From Eledone cirrhosa (taxonomy: Eukaryota): a stretch of 64,000 nt of DNA. This document shows, in pieces, positions 1 through 13,288 of the stretch (the stretch's first letter is position 1; the number at the start of each line of letters is the position of its first letter). The stretch lies in NCBI GenBank assembly GCA_964016885.1, contig OZ024741.1, positions 227,044,001 to 227,108,000 of the forward strand, written 5' to 3'. A program made the translations under genes and the position numbers. The notes under the pieces were generated by a model. The model was not told the DNA's origin. It worked only from the letters and a program-made list of their open reading frames with translations, and did no database searches.

Positions 1-199
1 ACGAAATAACTTCGTTATACTATATATATGTATTTTTGACCGTTGGTCAGTCAATGATAAACATTGAGGACCAAATGAATTAACTGTGGAGATATAAAAG
101 ATACAGAAGCGAAAATCAACCAAACAGTGAGTGTGTTCTGTTATTATTTCTTTATTTCTGGCAATATTATTACAACAATATGACCCCCTCCGCAAGTAT

Positions 200-205
<6 letters not shown>
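1..205 (+). mobile_element. 3' part of a Penelope-like terminal repeat, starting with the 3' half of a hammerhead (GAAA-taac/ttc/gtta-TA)
   Basis: 30-200 aligns by eye with 62038-62205, which lies downstream of a GIY-YIG ORF end and a CTGATG..GAAA motif. Confidence 0.6.
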
Positions 206-237
<32 letters not shown>

Positions 238-238
238 T

Positions 239-292
<54 letters not shown>

Positions 293-295
293 ATA

Positions 296-1330
296 AGAGT
301 CCTGGCACTGCTGAGCAAAGACCGGGACAAGGGGGACCATATTGATAATTTTAGGCTCATAACTCTGCTAAACTCAGAGTTCAAAATTTTAGCAAAAGTG
401 TTAGCGACGAACTTGGCGCTTCTCGTCGGTTGTCTGGTAACTGGGGCACAGACATTCGCCATTTCGAAGGGATTAATCCCCGACAACCTACAGCTTATGC
501 AATACGAGAGGGTAGCTAAAGAACCTGGCACGGTTGAAGCACTTCGAAAGGCTTCGATAGAGTCGACTATGGTCCCTGTCTGACTGCACTGGACGTTTAC
601 TCTTTTACTCCTTGCGGAAAGGACATGTTCCGATGGTCATGTGATCCATCTACTGTCAACACCAACTGCGCGGTTGACTGGGAATAACTGTGGTCGCCGT
701 TTCTTAGAGGCGTTTTAACCAGCTCGTCTCTTTGATGGAGCTACAGCCCTGGGTCCAGCGAAGACCGAGAGGGAGCATTTGGAAACTAGAATACCCACAA
801 GCGGTCACAACCCTCTACCAATCGGACAGTTGATAGGAGAGCATTGCCAATTCTAGATATACTCTACAGGCATGGAAGGACGTGAAAGACGAATTCGGTT
901 ATCAATTTAGTCCAGGACAGGCATTTTTTATCTGCTTAGTGGCCATGGCAAAAGAAGTCGTTTGAGGACAATCAGTTTCCTCTTCCCCGTTTTCAGGTTT
1001 CACTTGAAGAGGAAAATCAGGGTGGAGAGAAAAGTGCTGTATTCTAACCAGATTGTTGAAAGGTGTAGGAGAGTGGCGAGCACGACCCGGGTGAATGGAC
1101 CTTCTCTGAGTGTGCCCTTGTAGACTTGAGGACAACTGAGCGAGGGCACTTGGCTTGGCGGTCAAGGTGGCCATAGATTTTTGTGGGCTTCCTCACGAGT
1201 GACACTCGGAGAAATTCCCCTTTTTGAGAAATTTGTTTTGTTTGATTTTTTAAATGTTTATTTTTTTAGTTTTTTATACCCTTTTTACACACAAACCTCG
1301 ACATACATCATCCGATGTCATCTTTATTAT
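296..1330 (+). pseudogene. Deleted, degenerate fragment of Tx1/L1-clade ORF2 (RT and 3' end)
   Basis: 'IDNFRLITLLNSEFKILAKVLA' matches the RT at 5550-5760; downstream blocks match 6480-7430; begins after (GTT)n. Confidence 0.85.
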
Positions 1331-1374
1331 TTGTTTAATGTCAGACCTGTGTGTCTAATAGAAAAATCATTGTA

Positions 1375-1584
1375 TTGGTAGTATCGGTAGAGTGTTGGAC
1401 AACATGCTTTGCAGCATAGAGCTACGTCCCTTTACAGTTGGAGTTCAAATCTCGCTGAGGTTAACTTTGCTTTCATCCTTACGCGGTCGATAAAATAAAG
1501 TACCAGTCACGCACAGGAGTCGATTTATTCGACTTTCCCCTCCCCAAAAATTGCAGGCCTTTATAAGAAACCGATATTATTATT
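1375..1584 (+). mobile_element. tRNA-derived SINE with Meta-like central domain and (ATT)n tail
   Basis: B-box GAGTTCAAATC, 'catccttacgcggtcgataaaataaagtaccag' core; several other copies in the window. Confidence 0.8.
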
Positions 1585-1797
1585 GGCGACCTACGTAGGA
1601 AATCATATTATCGTGAGCTCCACAAAGGTTTGTTGTTTTCAGTTGTTTCAAATTGGCAGTTATGGAAAATGTTTGTTGTTAAGTGTTTATAAGTTCACAT
1701 ATATTGCTTTCTGAAAAGGACACTCAATAATATTGGTGCCTTGAGCCCAAAATTTAAACTTTTATAATTATCAAACAAAACTTTCTTTGAAAAAAAC

Positions 1798-3709
1798 ATG
1801 GACGGCTCTCAGCCTTCCTAACAAACCAACATCTCCCACCACCACCATTGTAAACATTACTACGGTTGCCAAACTAAAAATATAAGCAGTGGCAATAATT
1901 TAAATTTGTCACATGCAGACATTCATTTCCCGCCATTACCAATAACTGCAGTGTTAAAGCCGCCACCCCCACCACCACCACAGCGACAACAGAAACAAAA
2001 AATAATTTATCTCGTGACATCGAAATGGATTCACCCAGAATCGACTCTTCCACGCCGAACACCATTGACACCACCACTACTACCACCACCACAATTGAAA
2101 CTAAAAATAACAATAACAACAACAGCAACAACAACAATGAGAATAACAACAACAACATCAACACCAGCGCAAAACAAAATGTGTCGTTTGCCAAAGCAGC
2201 CAAGAAAAGCGAAACAATCGAGGTAAGCCAGGATGAATTGAATGAAGCCAAGCGAATGGTAAAAAAAGATGGGTACAGGGTCAGCCTCCCCCTCCCCCAT
2301 CTAATAAAATGGAGCATCGGCGCCTATGTACCGTGTCATATAGGACGATGAACACAAAATCACGCCGAGTGGAACGGGCATCCGAGTCCCAGATACAAAA
2401 ACTTTGGGACATGTGTGGGCGAAAAAACCCCACATCAGACGTGGGCAGAAATATGGAACCAAGGACGTGTTCTTTGGAACCCCACAGGAAGCCAGAGAGC
2501 ACTCCATGGCCTCATTAAGAAGTGACAAGTTCACACTCGTCCCGAGCTATTGTGGTCAGAGACTCGTGAAGATCAGGGTGACCAACGTTCCGCCGGCCAT
2601 CGAAATTCCTTGGCTAATGGCTGCCGTCCTCGCCGACATCGAGGCCAACACGAAAATAATTGAGGTAACAAAAGAAAAGCAGGAGAACTGGTCCGGATCT
2701 GGGATGGAGCTCCAGATCCAAGCGGACCAAAAAAACATTGAGGAAATTCCAGAGGTGATAGACCTCAATGACGGCAGCCACCTCACCATAATCGTTGAGG
2801 GTAGAATGCCTAGGTGTGTCGTATGTGACGAAGGAACCCACCCACCTAAAGGCTTTCTGCCCTCAGGCTAAAAAGTTGAGGTCACCTCTCCTACCCACCC
2901 CAGGGACTCAACCATCAAAACCAGTAGCAGAAATGGCAGCAACAACAGTAGCAACTGTAGCAGTAACAATAGCAAAACCAACACTACCACCACCCACCGC
3001 GCCAGAATTAGCACCATCGCCTCCACCATCCACCACGCCACAACCAAAACCAATGGCGGAATTTCCACTCCCCGACCTATCGCAACTGCAGACGGATTGT
3101 GATGATGACGAGGAGTGGAAAATGGTATCAGGAAAAAAAAAAAAAAAAAAAACCCCCAAATAGAAAAAAATCCTCTTCCTTCGCCCTCCAAAAACAAAAT
3201 GCAGGGGGAAACAAATAAACAAACAAACAAAAAAGTTAAGACAGCTATGCCACCATTCACACAAGCATCACCAACCCCATCACCAGAAACACCAACACCA
3301 TCACCATCATTAACCCCAACACCACCATCACCAACACCACAAAAATCACCAAAAAGCGAAACAGAAGCAAACCCCACAACAAACGCAAACAAAACAGAAC
3401 AACCAAAACGATACACACTACACAGCATTAAATTTGTACAACAACCAATTATTACACTACATTCAACACAACACCAGCATCACAAAAATAGACTACATAA
3501 CACCCCAAAAATTCACACCACCTCAACACATACAAATCACTCGCATCACACAGAAAACGTACACGACACTAAAACTAAAATTCAAAAAGGACATCGGAGA
3601 CTTCCGACAAACACTCTCCAGGAGGATTTATAAGGACATCCATCCGGAGGAGGCCACAAGCAGTGAGAAGGATGGAAAAACCATCTTTCCTCTACAAGAA
3701 GTGAGGTAA
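1798..3709 (+). pseudogene. LINE ORF1 (frameshifted) with low-complexity N-terminus and CCHC zinc knuckle
   Basis: ORFs 2025-2351, 2404-2871, 2795-3163, 3434-3709; CVVCDEGTH-LKAFC knuckle across a frameshift; homologous to 18410-20421. Confidence 0.75.
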
Positions 3710-3744
3710 GTGGTCTTTCCCATCTTTTTCCACTCCTATTCAAC

Positions 3745-6700
3745 ATCACCTCACTCAGAATAGGCAGCATAAATGCGCGTGGCCTGGGGTCGTCATGGAA
3801 GCAGGGCCACCTGCTCAACGACCTCAGATCACTAAACATAAATGTGGTGGCCATCAGTGAGACCAGAATCTCCGAAGCACGAGCCTTCACACCGATCTTC
3901 GGCGGTTACGATGTGTAGGCATCTCCCAGCCGGCCTGGATCAGGGGGAAGGAGGTGCTGTGCTTTTTCAGAGAGGTTTGGATCTCGCCTTACAGGCCATC
4001 TTCCTGGACCCAGAAGGTAAGTTAGTGGTGCTGGACGTGACCAGCGGAGACGGGCAAGCTTTCAGGCTAGTGGCCATCTATGCCCCGACAGGAGCAGGGC
4101 GGCCTGATTTCTTCCGGCGTCTGGAGACCTTTCTTGGAACGTCCCGCTCTTTAGTATTATTGGGCGACTGGAACGGGATCTTAGATTAACGCTGGGACTG
4201 TGTGGGATTAGCGGATAGGGGATGAGGGTGTAAAAGCCTCGCAAACCTGCTCAGACGGTTTCAACTGTCTGACAGGTACCGTCTGGATTTCCCGAATGTG
4301 CCAATGTGGACATGGACAAACCGCATAGTGTCATCCAGATCACATCTAGATAGGGTATTTTGTAGGTAAATAGATAGGTCTAGCATAGGCTGTCAACATT
4401 TCAAAATAGTCGACTACACGGACCACAAATTCGTGATCTGTGAGGTTGACTTAGATATGCTTCATAGACAGGGACCCGGCTACTGGAAGCTAAACGCGTC
4501 ATTAACAGCGCGCAAGGCCTTCAGAGACCGGATTAGCGAATTAGTTAAGCGGGCGTTGACGGGTGCCATCGTCAACAACAAATGGTGGTTTGCTCTGAAA
4601 AGAGCGATTAGAATAGAGTCCATTAGGTTTAGTAAGGCTTTAGCAATAGAGAAAAATAGATCAGAGGGAGAACTAGTTAGAAAATTAGACGAGGCGCTTA
4701 GTAAAGGCATCGCAACCGACGTACTTGCGGCGAAACTGGCCCTTGACCAATTCTTCAATGCAAAGCACAAAGGCTGCGTTGTCAGAACTAAGGCGCGTGC
4801 TCTCAGACACGAGGGGACGAAAGCCGTTCAATGGGCCCGAATAGCGGAGGCGCGTCATGGCAACAAAGCCACGATCCGGTCTTTGGTGGACCACGACGGG
4901 CGCATGTTACTCGATCCCGGGCAAATGTGTAAAGCTTTTCAGAGACATTTCGCTCAGCTGTTCGGGGACAGCGACGGGTAGGATTGAGGGATAGACTTTT
5001 GTGCCTACCTCCACGGACTGCCGCGGCTCTCGGCCACTGAGGCGGAGTGTTGCGAAAAGCCGATAACAACCGCTGAAGTACGGGAAGCAATGACTGGCTG
5101 CACAAGGGGTAAATCGCCTGGTCTGTCTTATGAACTTTACGTACACATGCCAGACTTGTTCGGAGGCCTCCTGGCGGATGTCTACTGCAACATAGATGTG
5201 GTGGCCATCAGCGAGACGAGAATCTCCGAAACGAAAGCTTTCGCTCGTATCGGGGTATGGACTTCAGTGCATACCTCGACGGACTGCCTCGGCTCTCGAC
5301 GACCGCAGCACAGTGTTGCGAAAAGCCAATAACAGCCGGTGAAATACGGGAAGCGATGGCTAACTGCACGAGGGGTAAATCGCCAGGTTTGGATGGTCTG
5401 CCCTACGAGCTTTATGCATTTATGCCAGACTTGTTCGGTGACCTCTTGGCAGGCGTCTACTGCAACTGGCAGCTGAATGGGAGCATTCCCAGTTTTGTGA
5501 GCCGGGGAGCGATGGTGCTGCTGAAAAAAGACCCGAACAAGGGGGGTGTTATCAATAACTTCAGGCCCATAACTCTGCTAAACGCAGAGTTCAACATTTT
5601 GGCCAAGGTGTTAGCAACGATGTTGGCGCTTGTCGTCAAGGGTCTGGTGGGTGGGGCGCAGACATGCGCCATTCCGGACAGATCCATACACGACAACCTC
5701 CACCTCATGCGATACATCATAGAGAGGGTGGTTAAGGAACCTGGCACGGGTGGGGCCCTGATCAACTTGGATCAATCCAAAGCATTCGATAGGGTCGACC
5801 ATCGGTACCTGGCGGCGGTCCTCGAGGCAGCCGGTTTAGGGGTTGGATCGCTGCGATGTACAGCGACATCTGCTCAGTTGTGAGGGTGAACGGTCACCTG
5901 TCGCAGCCGTTCAGCATCATGCGCTCGGTCGCCGACATTTATCCCCTCTCGTCCCTCTTGTACGTATTGGCTCTCGAACCGTTACTGCACAAACTGGGGG
6001 CGAAGAGGGACGTCCCACGCGAACTAGGATGCGGGAAATCCGAGTCGGCTTGCGCCGACGACGTCGCCGTGGTGGTATCGAGCACCAGACACGTCCAGAT
6101 GCTCGGCACCGCTCTCAAGGAATACGAAGCGGTGACAGGAGCAAAGATAAATCAGGAAAAGTCGGTGGGCTTGCAGCTCGGCACCTGGAGAGGCAAGTCC
6201 ATGCCGTCCGACAGCGTCGAGGGGCGTTGGAAGGACGGACCGGTTAAATTGCTCGGGGTCTGGTTCGGACCGGATTTCCAGATGGAGAAAAACTGGAGCG
6301 AGGTGACGAGCAAGGTGGCCTCCTTGACCCAGAAATGGGCCGAGAGGAAGTTGTCCCTGAAAGACCGTGCGGAGGTGGCGAATGCGTACATCGCATCCGT
6401 CATCTGCTTCCGCCTCACCGTCGTCCCTTGCAAAATGGAGCGCCTCCTCTTCTGCTTTTTGTGGAAGGGACGCGCTCCCATGGTCAGACGATCCATCTGT
6501 TGTCAACACCCGTTACGTGGAGGACTAGGCATGCCATGGCTGATGATGCGCAAACATGCGCTGAGGCTGCGACATCTCTGGTGCTTCCTTGTCGGTGAAC
6601 AGGTATGGTCGCCGTTCGCCAGGCACGTATTCCCACAGCTCGTCTCCTTGACGGAGCTGCAGTCCTGAGTCAGGAAAAGACCGAGGGATAGCGCTTGGAA

Positions 6701-7309
6701 ACTGGAATGTCTCCAAGCGCTCACTGCCATCTACCAGCTGGACACCAGTATCGGTGGAACATTCACCTCGGCGTTCTATAGAGGACTAGTGGAGGGGAAG
6801 AGCGACGACGTTATCAGAGAGATCCTGGGCGTCGAAGATCAGCTGTTTGCTCTCTTCCGGAGAACTTTCAGCCCAGGGCCTATGGATAATTTCCAAAAAT
6901 CCCTGGCCTGGCAGTGCTACCGGGGAGCGTTGACAGTTCGAGATAAGCTCTACAGGCACGGAAGCGCCACCAGCCGAGCATTGCTGACTTGTGGAGCTAT
7001 GTCGAACAGTTGCTGTCGCGTGTAGGACAGATCCGGTTATCGACTGAGTCCATTGTGCAGATCGTCTCGCCGTCTTCCTTCGAGGAGGAAGGGCAGGCGG
7101 TTTTCATCTGCCTGGTGGCCATGGCGAAAGAGATTGTGTCGTGGACAAGGTTGAAAGGGTTAAAGACAGATACTTTCCTCTTCGGGGAATCCCTAATTAA
7201 CTTTTTCAAGTTTCACTTGAAGAGGAAAATCAGGGTGGAGAGGCAAGTGCTGCCTTCTAGCAAGTTTGTTGAAAGGTGGCTGAATGTAGCGAGAATGGTC
7301 CGAGTCTGA
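3745..7309 (+). pseudogene. LINE ORF2: APE endonuclease plus reverse transcriptase, disrupted
   Basis: SINARGL, VVAISET, LLGDWN, YTDH, GPGYWKLN, KSPGLDG, NFRPITLLN, LDQSKAFDRVDH, ACADD motifs; stops and frameshifts. Confidence 0.92.
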
Positions 7310-7644
7310 ATATACGCCTGTAGTTTGAGAAACGGAAAAATTGAGAGAGGGCGCTTGCCCTGGTGGTCAGGGTGGCTGTGGTCTTATGTGTGGTTTTCGC
7401 CACGAGTAAGCCTCGGAGGTTTCCCCTCTATTGGGGAATTTTTCATTGTTTCACTTTTCATTTTCATTGTTTATATATATATATATATGTTTCTATGTCT
7501 TTTTTTTCTTTTCTTATATAAATAATAGAAATCTTTACAGGCACAAAACCCACATCGTACCGTCCTGTGCCGTCTGTAATGTTTTTCTTTTTATCAGCCC
7601 ATGTGGCCAATAAAGAAATCATTATTATTATTATTATTGTTATT

Positions 7645-10600
7645 CCTTGAATCTCAGTCATTGATGTTGGTTAACTGGAAAGTCCGTTGGATTGAATATC
7701 AAGCCACTACCTGCAGCCTCAGATATTCAGGACGTATCGGAGGGTTCTTGCCGTTCCAAGCAAGCATGCCTTTTGAAGCGTTCCAAAAAGCGTGAAGGGG
7801 CCGATTTTCTTTAACCATCCCTGGAAACCTTTGGAGATAGTCCCCAGTGCGCCTATGACAATCGGGATCACTTTGACTTCATGGCAGTTCCAAATCCTTT
7901 TCACCTCCCACTTTAGGTCCTGGTATCGGTTAATTTTCTCCCTCTCCTTCTCTTGCACTCTCGTGTCGAACGGGCAGGCCACATCCACAATCAGGCACGA
8001 TCTTTTTTCTTTGTCCACAACCACCAGGTCAGGTCTATTGTGTTCCAGTTTTTTGTCCGTCTGTATCCTAAAATCCCACAGCACCTTCACCTGACTGTTC
8101 TCCATCACCGCCTCTGGCCTATGCTCATACCATTTCTCAGAATGTGGTAGATTGTTTACTTTGCACAGGTGCCAGTGGATCACCCTGCCCATCACATCGT
8201 GTCTCCAGCCCTTATAGTGGGTCTGGGCTAGGTGTTTACACTCGGACACAATGTGAGCCACAGTCTCCTCTCTCTCTCCACAGATCCTGCACAGTGGGCT
8301 AGCCTCCTCCTTGTAGATATGGTGCTTCAACCACTTCGTTTTGAGGGCCTGCTCCTGCGCAGCCATTAGCATTCCTTCTGTAGCCTTTTTGAGGTCTCCT
8401 CTTCTCAACCAGTTCCATGTCTGTGGATCTCTAAATTCAGTTTTCTCAAAGAAGGTACTATGAAGGGATTTTCCCTTAAGGCTGCTCTTCCTCCTTGATG
8501 TTATTTCCTCCTTGGGTATCCCCTGGCCTACTGTCCCCTCCTTCAGTACAGCTCTGAGCATTGGCTCCTTACTATAGGTCACGTATTTGTATAGGTTGTT
8601 TTTCTCCATCTGAACACAGTCCTCTATGCTGATAAGACCTCTTCCACCCTCAGATCTCCTTAGGTAGAGTCTATCGACATCACTCCTCTTGTGGAACATG
8701 TTGTAGATAGTCAATAGCTTCCTAGTCTTCCTATCCATTTCTTTTTGTTCAGCAACATTCCATCTCAGAATTCCCGCACTGTACCTAATAATAGCTCGGG
8801 AATTTACTGCGCTTATGGCATTTCTGCTGTTCAGATGTGACTTCAATACGCTCCTTACTCTCCGAATATATTCAGTTCTTAACAATTCCTTCATTTTTTT
8901 GTTCTTTATGCCATCAGCCTCCAGAACGCCCAAATACTTGTATCCTTCCTCAGAGTCAATTTCCTTTATCATCTCACCTGTTGGTATCTGGATCCCGTTA
9001 CTTCTGCTCAACCTACCCCTCCTCATCACAATGACTCCACATTTACCAATACCAAACTGCATACATATATCACTGCTGAAAATACGGACAGTGTCAACAA
9101 GCACATCCAACTCCTTCTCACTTTTCCCGAAGAGCTTAAGATCGTCCATGAAGAGGAGGTGATTGATGGTAAGCTCTCCCCTTCCCAACTTGTATCCTGC
9201 TCTCACTTTTCGCAGCATAATGGTCAAGGGCATCAGGGCAAGGACAAACAACAGAGGGGACAGGCTATCTCCCTGGAAGATACCTCTCTTGATCTTCACG
9301 CTTCCCAAGGATACTCCAGTTGATGTCAACTCTGTCTCCCAGGACCCCATACTCCTGCCCAGCAACTGTCTGATGTTATCTGCCACCCTGAAGATCTCCA
9401 GGCTTTTGGTGATCCAGGAATGAGGCACCATGTCAAATGCCTTTCTGTAGTCTATCCATCCCATGGCAAGATCAGTGTGTCTCCTCCTGCAATTCCCCAT
9501 TACCATCTTATCAATAAGCAACTGGTCCTTTGTACCACGTGACTTCTTTCGGCATCCTTTCTGTTCGTCCGGCAACAAGTTGTCGACATCACTCCTCTTG
9601 TGGAACATGTTGTAGATAGTCAATAGCTTCCTAGTCTTCCTATCCATTTCTTTTTGTTCAGCAACATTCCATCTCAGAATTCTCGCACTGTACCTAATAA
9701 TAGATACAGCTCGGGAATTTACTGCACTTATGGCATTCCTACTGTTCAGATGTGACTTTAATACGCTCCTTACTCTCCGAATGTATTCAGATCTTATCAA
9801 TTCCTTCATTTTTTTTGTTCTTGATGTCATCTGCCTCCAGAACACCTAAATATTTGTATCCTTCTTCAGTGTCAATTTCCTTTATCATCTCACCTGTTGG
9901 TACCTGGATTCCGTTGCTTCTGCTCAATTTACCCCTCTTCATCACTAGGGCTCCACACTTACTAATACCAAATTGCATACATATATCATTGCTGAAAATA
10001 CGGACAGTGTCAACAAACACATCCAACTCCTTCTCACTCTTCCCGAAGAGCTTAAGATCGTCCATGAAGAGGAGGTGATTGATGGTAAGCTCTCCCTTTC
10101 CCAGCTTGTATCCTGCTCTCACTTTTCGCAGTATAATGGTCAGGGTATCAGGGCAAGGACAAACAACAGAGGGGACAAACTATCTACCTGGAAGATACCT
10201 CTCTTGATCTTCACGCCTTCCAAGGATTCTCCACCCGATGTTAACTCTGTTTTCCAGGACTTCATACTTTTGCTCAACAACTGTCTGATGTTATCTGCCA
10301 CCTTGAAGATCTCTAGGCTTTTGGGGATCCAAGAATGGGGCACCATGTCAAATGCCTTTTTGTAGTCTATCCATCCCATGGCAAGACCAGTGTGTCTCCT
10401 CTTGCAATTCCTCATTACTATCTTATCAATAAGTAACTGATCCTTTGTACCACGGGACTTCTTTCGGCATCCTTTCTGTTCGTCCGGTAACAAGTTGTTT
10501 ATGTGGAGGTGATGGTAGATTTCCTCAGACATAATGCTTGTCAACAGTTTCCACATTACGGACAGACATGTGATAGGTCTATAGTTGGTAACATCATTAC

Positions 10601-12150
10601 CCTTGATTCGGTCTTTCATTACCAGAACTGTGGTACCTTTTGTCAACCACTCTGGTACCTCACCTGACATCAAGCAGTCATTGAACATGGTTGTCAGTTT
10701 CGGGTGGAGGCATGTTATATTTTTAATCCAATACCCCTGCACACCATCTGGGACTGGTGATTTCCAGTTGGTTAGTTTTTTGGCCTGCCCCTTAAGAGTT
10801 TCAACTGTGATACTCAAATCTGTTTGTTGGTGTGCCTGTTCACTAATATCCTTTTGAACTGTCTCAATCCACACTGCCTGATCATTATGTTTAACATCCT
10901 GCTCCCATATTCCTCTCCAGAATGTCTTAGTCTGTTCCGCCTCAGGGATCAAGTCGTTGCCTCTTTCTTTCCCTTCAGGCTGTCCAAACATCTTCTGGTT
11001 GTTGTCAAATATGCGGTTCTGTCTATACTGACTCTGCTCTCGTATCGCCTAATCGTTGCAATCTTTGCTAGAATGCGTTGCTTCAGTTCCTCTATGATAA
11101 TATTTAGCTTTTCCTCCTAGTTTTGTACTTTATTTCCAGTCTATTTTAGTGTCTATGTTTTGTAATGTCCCATTCAGTAGGGACTCAAGCTTTCCAATGT
11201 CATTTCTCATTTCCCTGATTTGACCATTCAGTCGTTTCTTCCACCAAGGTCCTGATCTTTCTTGTTTGTTGTTTCTTCTCGCTTTTATGCCAAGTAATTT
11301 CCTCACCGCATTTGCTGTTGCTTTGGGGATATTGTTGCACTGGTGAAGGCTCTTCGCCTCAAGGTACGGGATGACTTTGTTTACCTTAGCTGTTGTTTCT
11401 TTTAACTTTTTCCTGTCTACAAATCTTAGGTTCATAGGTTTCCCACTATCATTGTTCATTTCATCTACCTCTAAGTTTAGGATATCAGCCAAATCTTGTC
11501 CTAGTCCGTCAGCATTCATCTCCTCAATGGCCGTATCTTTGTTCCAGGTATTATTTATTTCAGCATTCAGATCATTGTCTGTTTCGGATGCTTCCTCCGT
11601 TCTCTCAACCTCTTCACCTTCATTTCCCACTAGCTCGTTTGCCTGGCATACTCCACTCTCCATTTCCAACCTTATCTCTCTGCTCAGTTCCTCCAGTTTC
11701 AGCTCGCTTATCCATCCATTAGTTCTTATTACCCGAGCCTGCCCGGCCAATTTTTGTTCATCTAATTTAAATAGACCAATCTCGTTCCAGATGTTATGCA
11801 TCCGTTTCCTATAGCCTTTTTTCTTGGGGTTACTCTTCAGGTAACATTGCATAACCGTTCTATTCAATTCTTTCATACAGTTGGTTCTGGTCCCTTTCCT
11901 TCTTCTTCTTCCTCCAACACCAGCAGTATTTGGATGACAGCCAGGTCCCTGCTGCTGGGCCAGGGAGCACTTGCTGGGTGGGAGTCTGTCACATGACGTT
12001 CCAGTCTCCACTTCACCGTTATTCGAACTGTTTAGGTTCGACATTTAAACACTCATATCGTGGATTGGTGAATGTATGGTTACATAACCACCGGTGATTT
12101 GATCACCCCCCGGTGATTTTAGCGTGGCACTATCACGCTGTAGACGAACA
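7645..12150 (-). mobile_element. R4/Dong-type RLE non-LTR retrotransposon A, with (TAA)n tail
   Basis: N-terminal domain (11130-12044), RT, CCHC finger, restriction-like endonuclease; 3' end abuts (TAA)n at 7621-7643. Confidence 0.9.
7719..9845 (-). CDS. RT, zinc finger and RLE portion of Dong A (708-aa open frame containing an internal duplication)
   Basis: [77 protein letters not shown]. Confidence 0.85.
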   Translation of the reverse strand: MFWRQMTSRTKKMKELIRSEYIRRVRSVLKSHLNSRNAISAVNSRAVSIIRYSARILRWNVAEQKEMDRKTRKLLTIYNMFHKRSDVDNLLPDEQKGCRKKSRGTKDQLLIDKMVMGNCRRRHTDLAMGWIDYRKAFDMVPHSWITKSLEIFRVADNIRQLLGRSMGSWETELTSTGVSLGSVKIKRGIFQGDSLSPLLFVLALMPLTIMLRKVRAGYKLGRGELTINHLLFMDDLKLFGKSEKELDVLVDTVRIFSSDICMQFGIGKCGVIVMRRGRLSRSNGIQIPTGEMIKEIDSEEGYKYLGVLEADGIKNKKMKELLRTEYIRRVRSVLKSHLNSRNAISAVNSRAIIRYSAGILRWNVAEQKEMDRKTRKLLTIYNMFHKRSDVDRLYLRRSEGGRGLISIEDCVQMEKNNLYKYVTYSKEPMLRAVLKEGTVGQGIPKEEITSRRKSSLKGKSLHSTFFEKTEFRDPQTWNWLRRGDLKKATEGMLMAAQEQALKTKWLKHHIYKEEASPLCRICGEREETVAHIVSECKHLAQTHYKGWRHDVMGRVIHWHLCKVNNLPHSEKWYEHRPEAVMENSQVKVLWDFRIQTDKKLEHNRPDLVVVDKEKRSCLIVDVACPFDTRVQEKEREKINRYQDLKWEVKRIWNCHEVKVIPIVIGALGTISKGFQGWLKKIGPFTLFGTLQKACLLGTARTLRYVLNI

Positions 12151-12404
12151 TAAATAAATAAACAAATAAATAGGTAAAAACTTTAAAAATTAAACATAAG
12201 TTTCATTGTAATGTTTGAATGTCTGACTTAGTTTTTTTGTTTGTTTGTTTTTTGTTTTTTTGTTTTTTCTTCTTTTTTTCCTTCTCTTTACAGTTTTCGT
12301 TGCTGCTGTGCTGTTTTGATTTTAGCTTCATGGGAAGTAGTGCTGTTGCGTTCAAAACTTTTGAAATTTGTTTCGACTTGTTGCTTATCATTATTATTAT
12401 TATC

Positions 12405-12612
12405 AGCCGAGGTTAACCCTATCCTCCATCCCCACGGGGTCGACAAAACAAAGCACCAGCAACGCACTGGGCAATTGCTGGCCCTGTGCCAAAATCAGCA
12501 ACAATCATTATTATTATTATATTATACGGGGTCGATAAAACAAAGCACCAGCAATGCACTGGGCAATTGCCGGCCCTGCGCCAAAAAAAATAGAAACAAT
12601 TATTATTATTAT
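12405..12612 (+). mobile_element. Two tandem 3' fragments of the Meta-like SINE, each ending in (ATT)n
   Basis: 'cggggtcga.aaaacaaagcaccagcaa.gcactgggcaattgc.ggccctg' occurs twice. Confidence 0.7.
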
Positions 12613-12699
12613 ATTATAGTTTAGATTTGACATCGTTTAAACTAAACACTTTGAGAGAGTTTTAGAGGTACAGCAGCAATAATGTTTTTGGCGTTGTTG

Positions 12700-13222
12700 T
12701 TGTTGTTGTTGTTGCCTCTGACCGGGTCACCAAATCAGTCTATTTATATATTTTGATACCTTCCTCACTTAGTGGGACTACTACTATCCCTCTGTCCTAA
12801 CAAGAGGTAGTGGGAGAGAATAGCGGCGGTAGCGATAATGATGCAGTGGTGGTGGTGGTGATGTGATAGTAGTACTGTAGTCATGGTGTTAACTTAGCCG
12901 TTGGTTTGGCTATATTTTTTGTGTGTGGTGATGGTGGCGGCGGCGGTGGTGGTGTTGGTGGGTGAAATTATTTGCGTGTTGTTTGTAGCCATGTAGCCAT
13001 TTTTCTTTTTTGACTATAACATTTCTGATCCAAAATTAAATATTAAATATTGGGGCCCTATGCCATAATGTGATGCGTTGCCACTTCCTGAGAGTAAAAA
13101 ACTGTAATCTTATGTTCCATTTGTAATAAGAATTATTCTATCACAATTGTTTTAAATACGTAAAAATCAAAAACTTACGGGAGCGATTCCATAACACTCT
13201 ATCGACCACGTGCGTAACTTCC
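12700..13222 (-). mobile_element. Orphan 5' end of an L1/Tx1-like element (X-A)
   Basis: Starts directly after (TAA)n with GGGAAG..ACGCACGTGG..CGCTCCCGTAAG; homologous to 17300-18172. Confidence 0.55.
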
Positions 13223-13223
13223 C

Positions 13224-13287
<64 letters not shown>
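13223..13287. repeat. (TTA)n microsatellite, tail or target of Dong B
   Basis: Pure trinucleotide run. Confidence 0.95.

Positions 13288-13288
<1 letters not shown>

Larger units (their letters stand above)
1585..7620 (+). mobile_element. Near full-length, decayed Tx1/L1-clade LINE (copy 1)
   Basis: 5'UTR, ORF1, ORF2 with APE endonuclease and RT, 3'UTR with AATAAA; (ATT)n on both sides. Confidence 0.9.
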
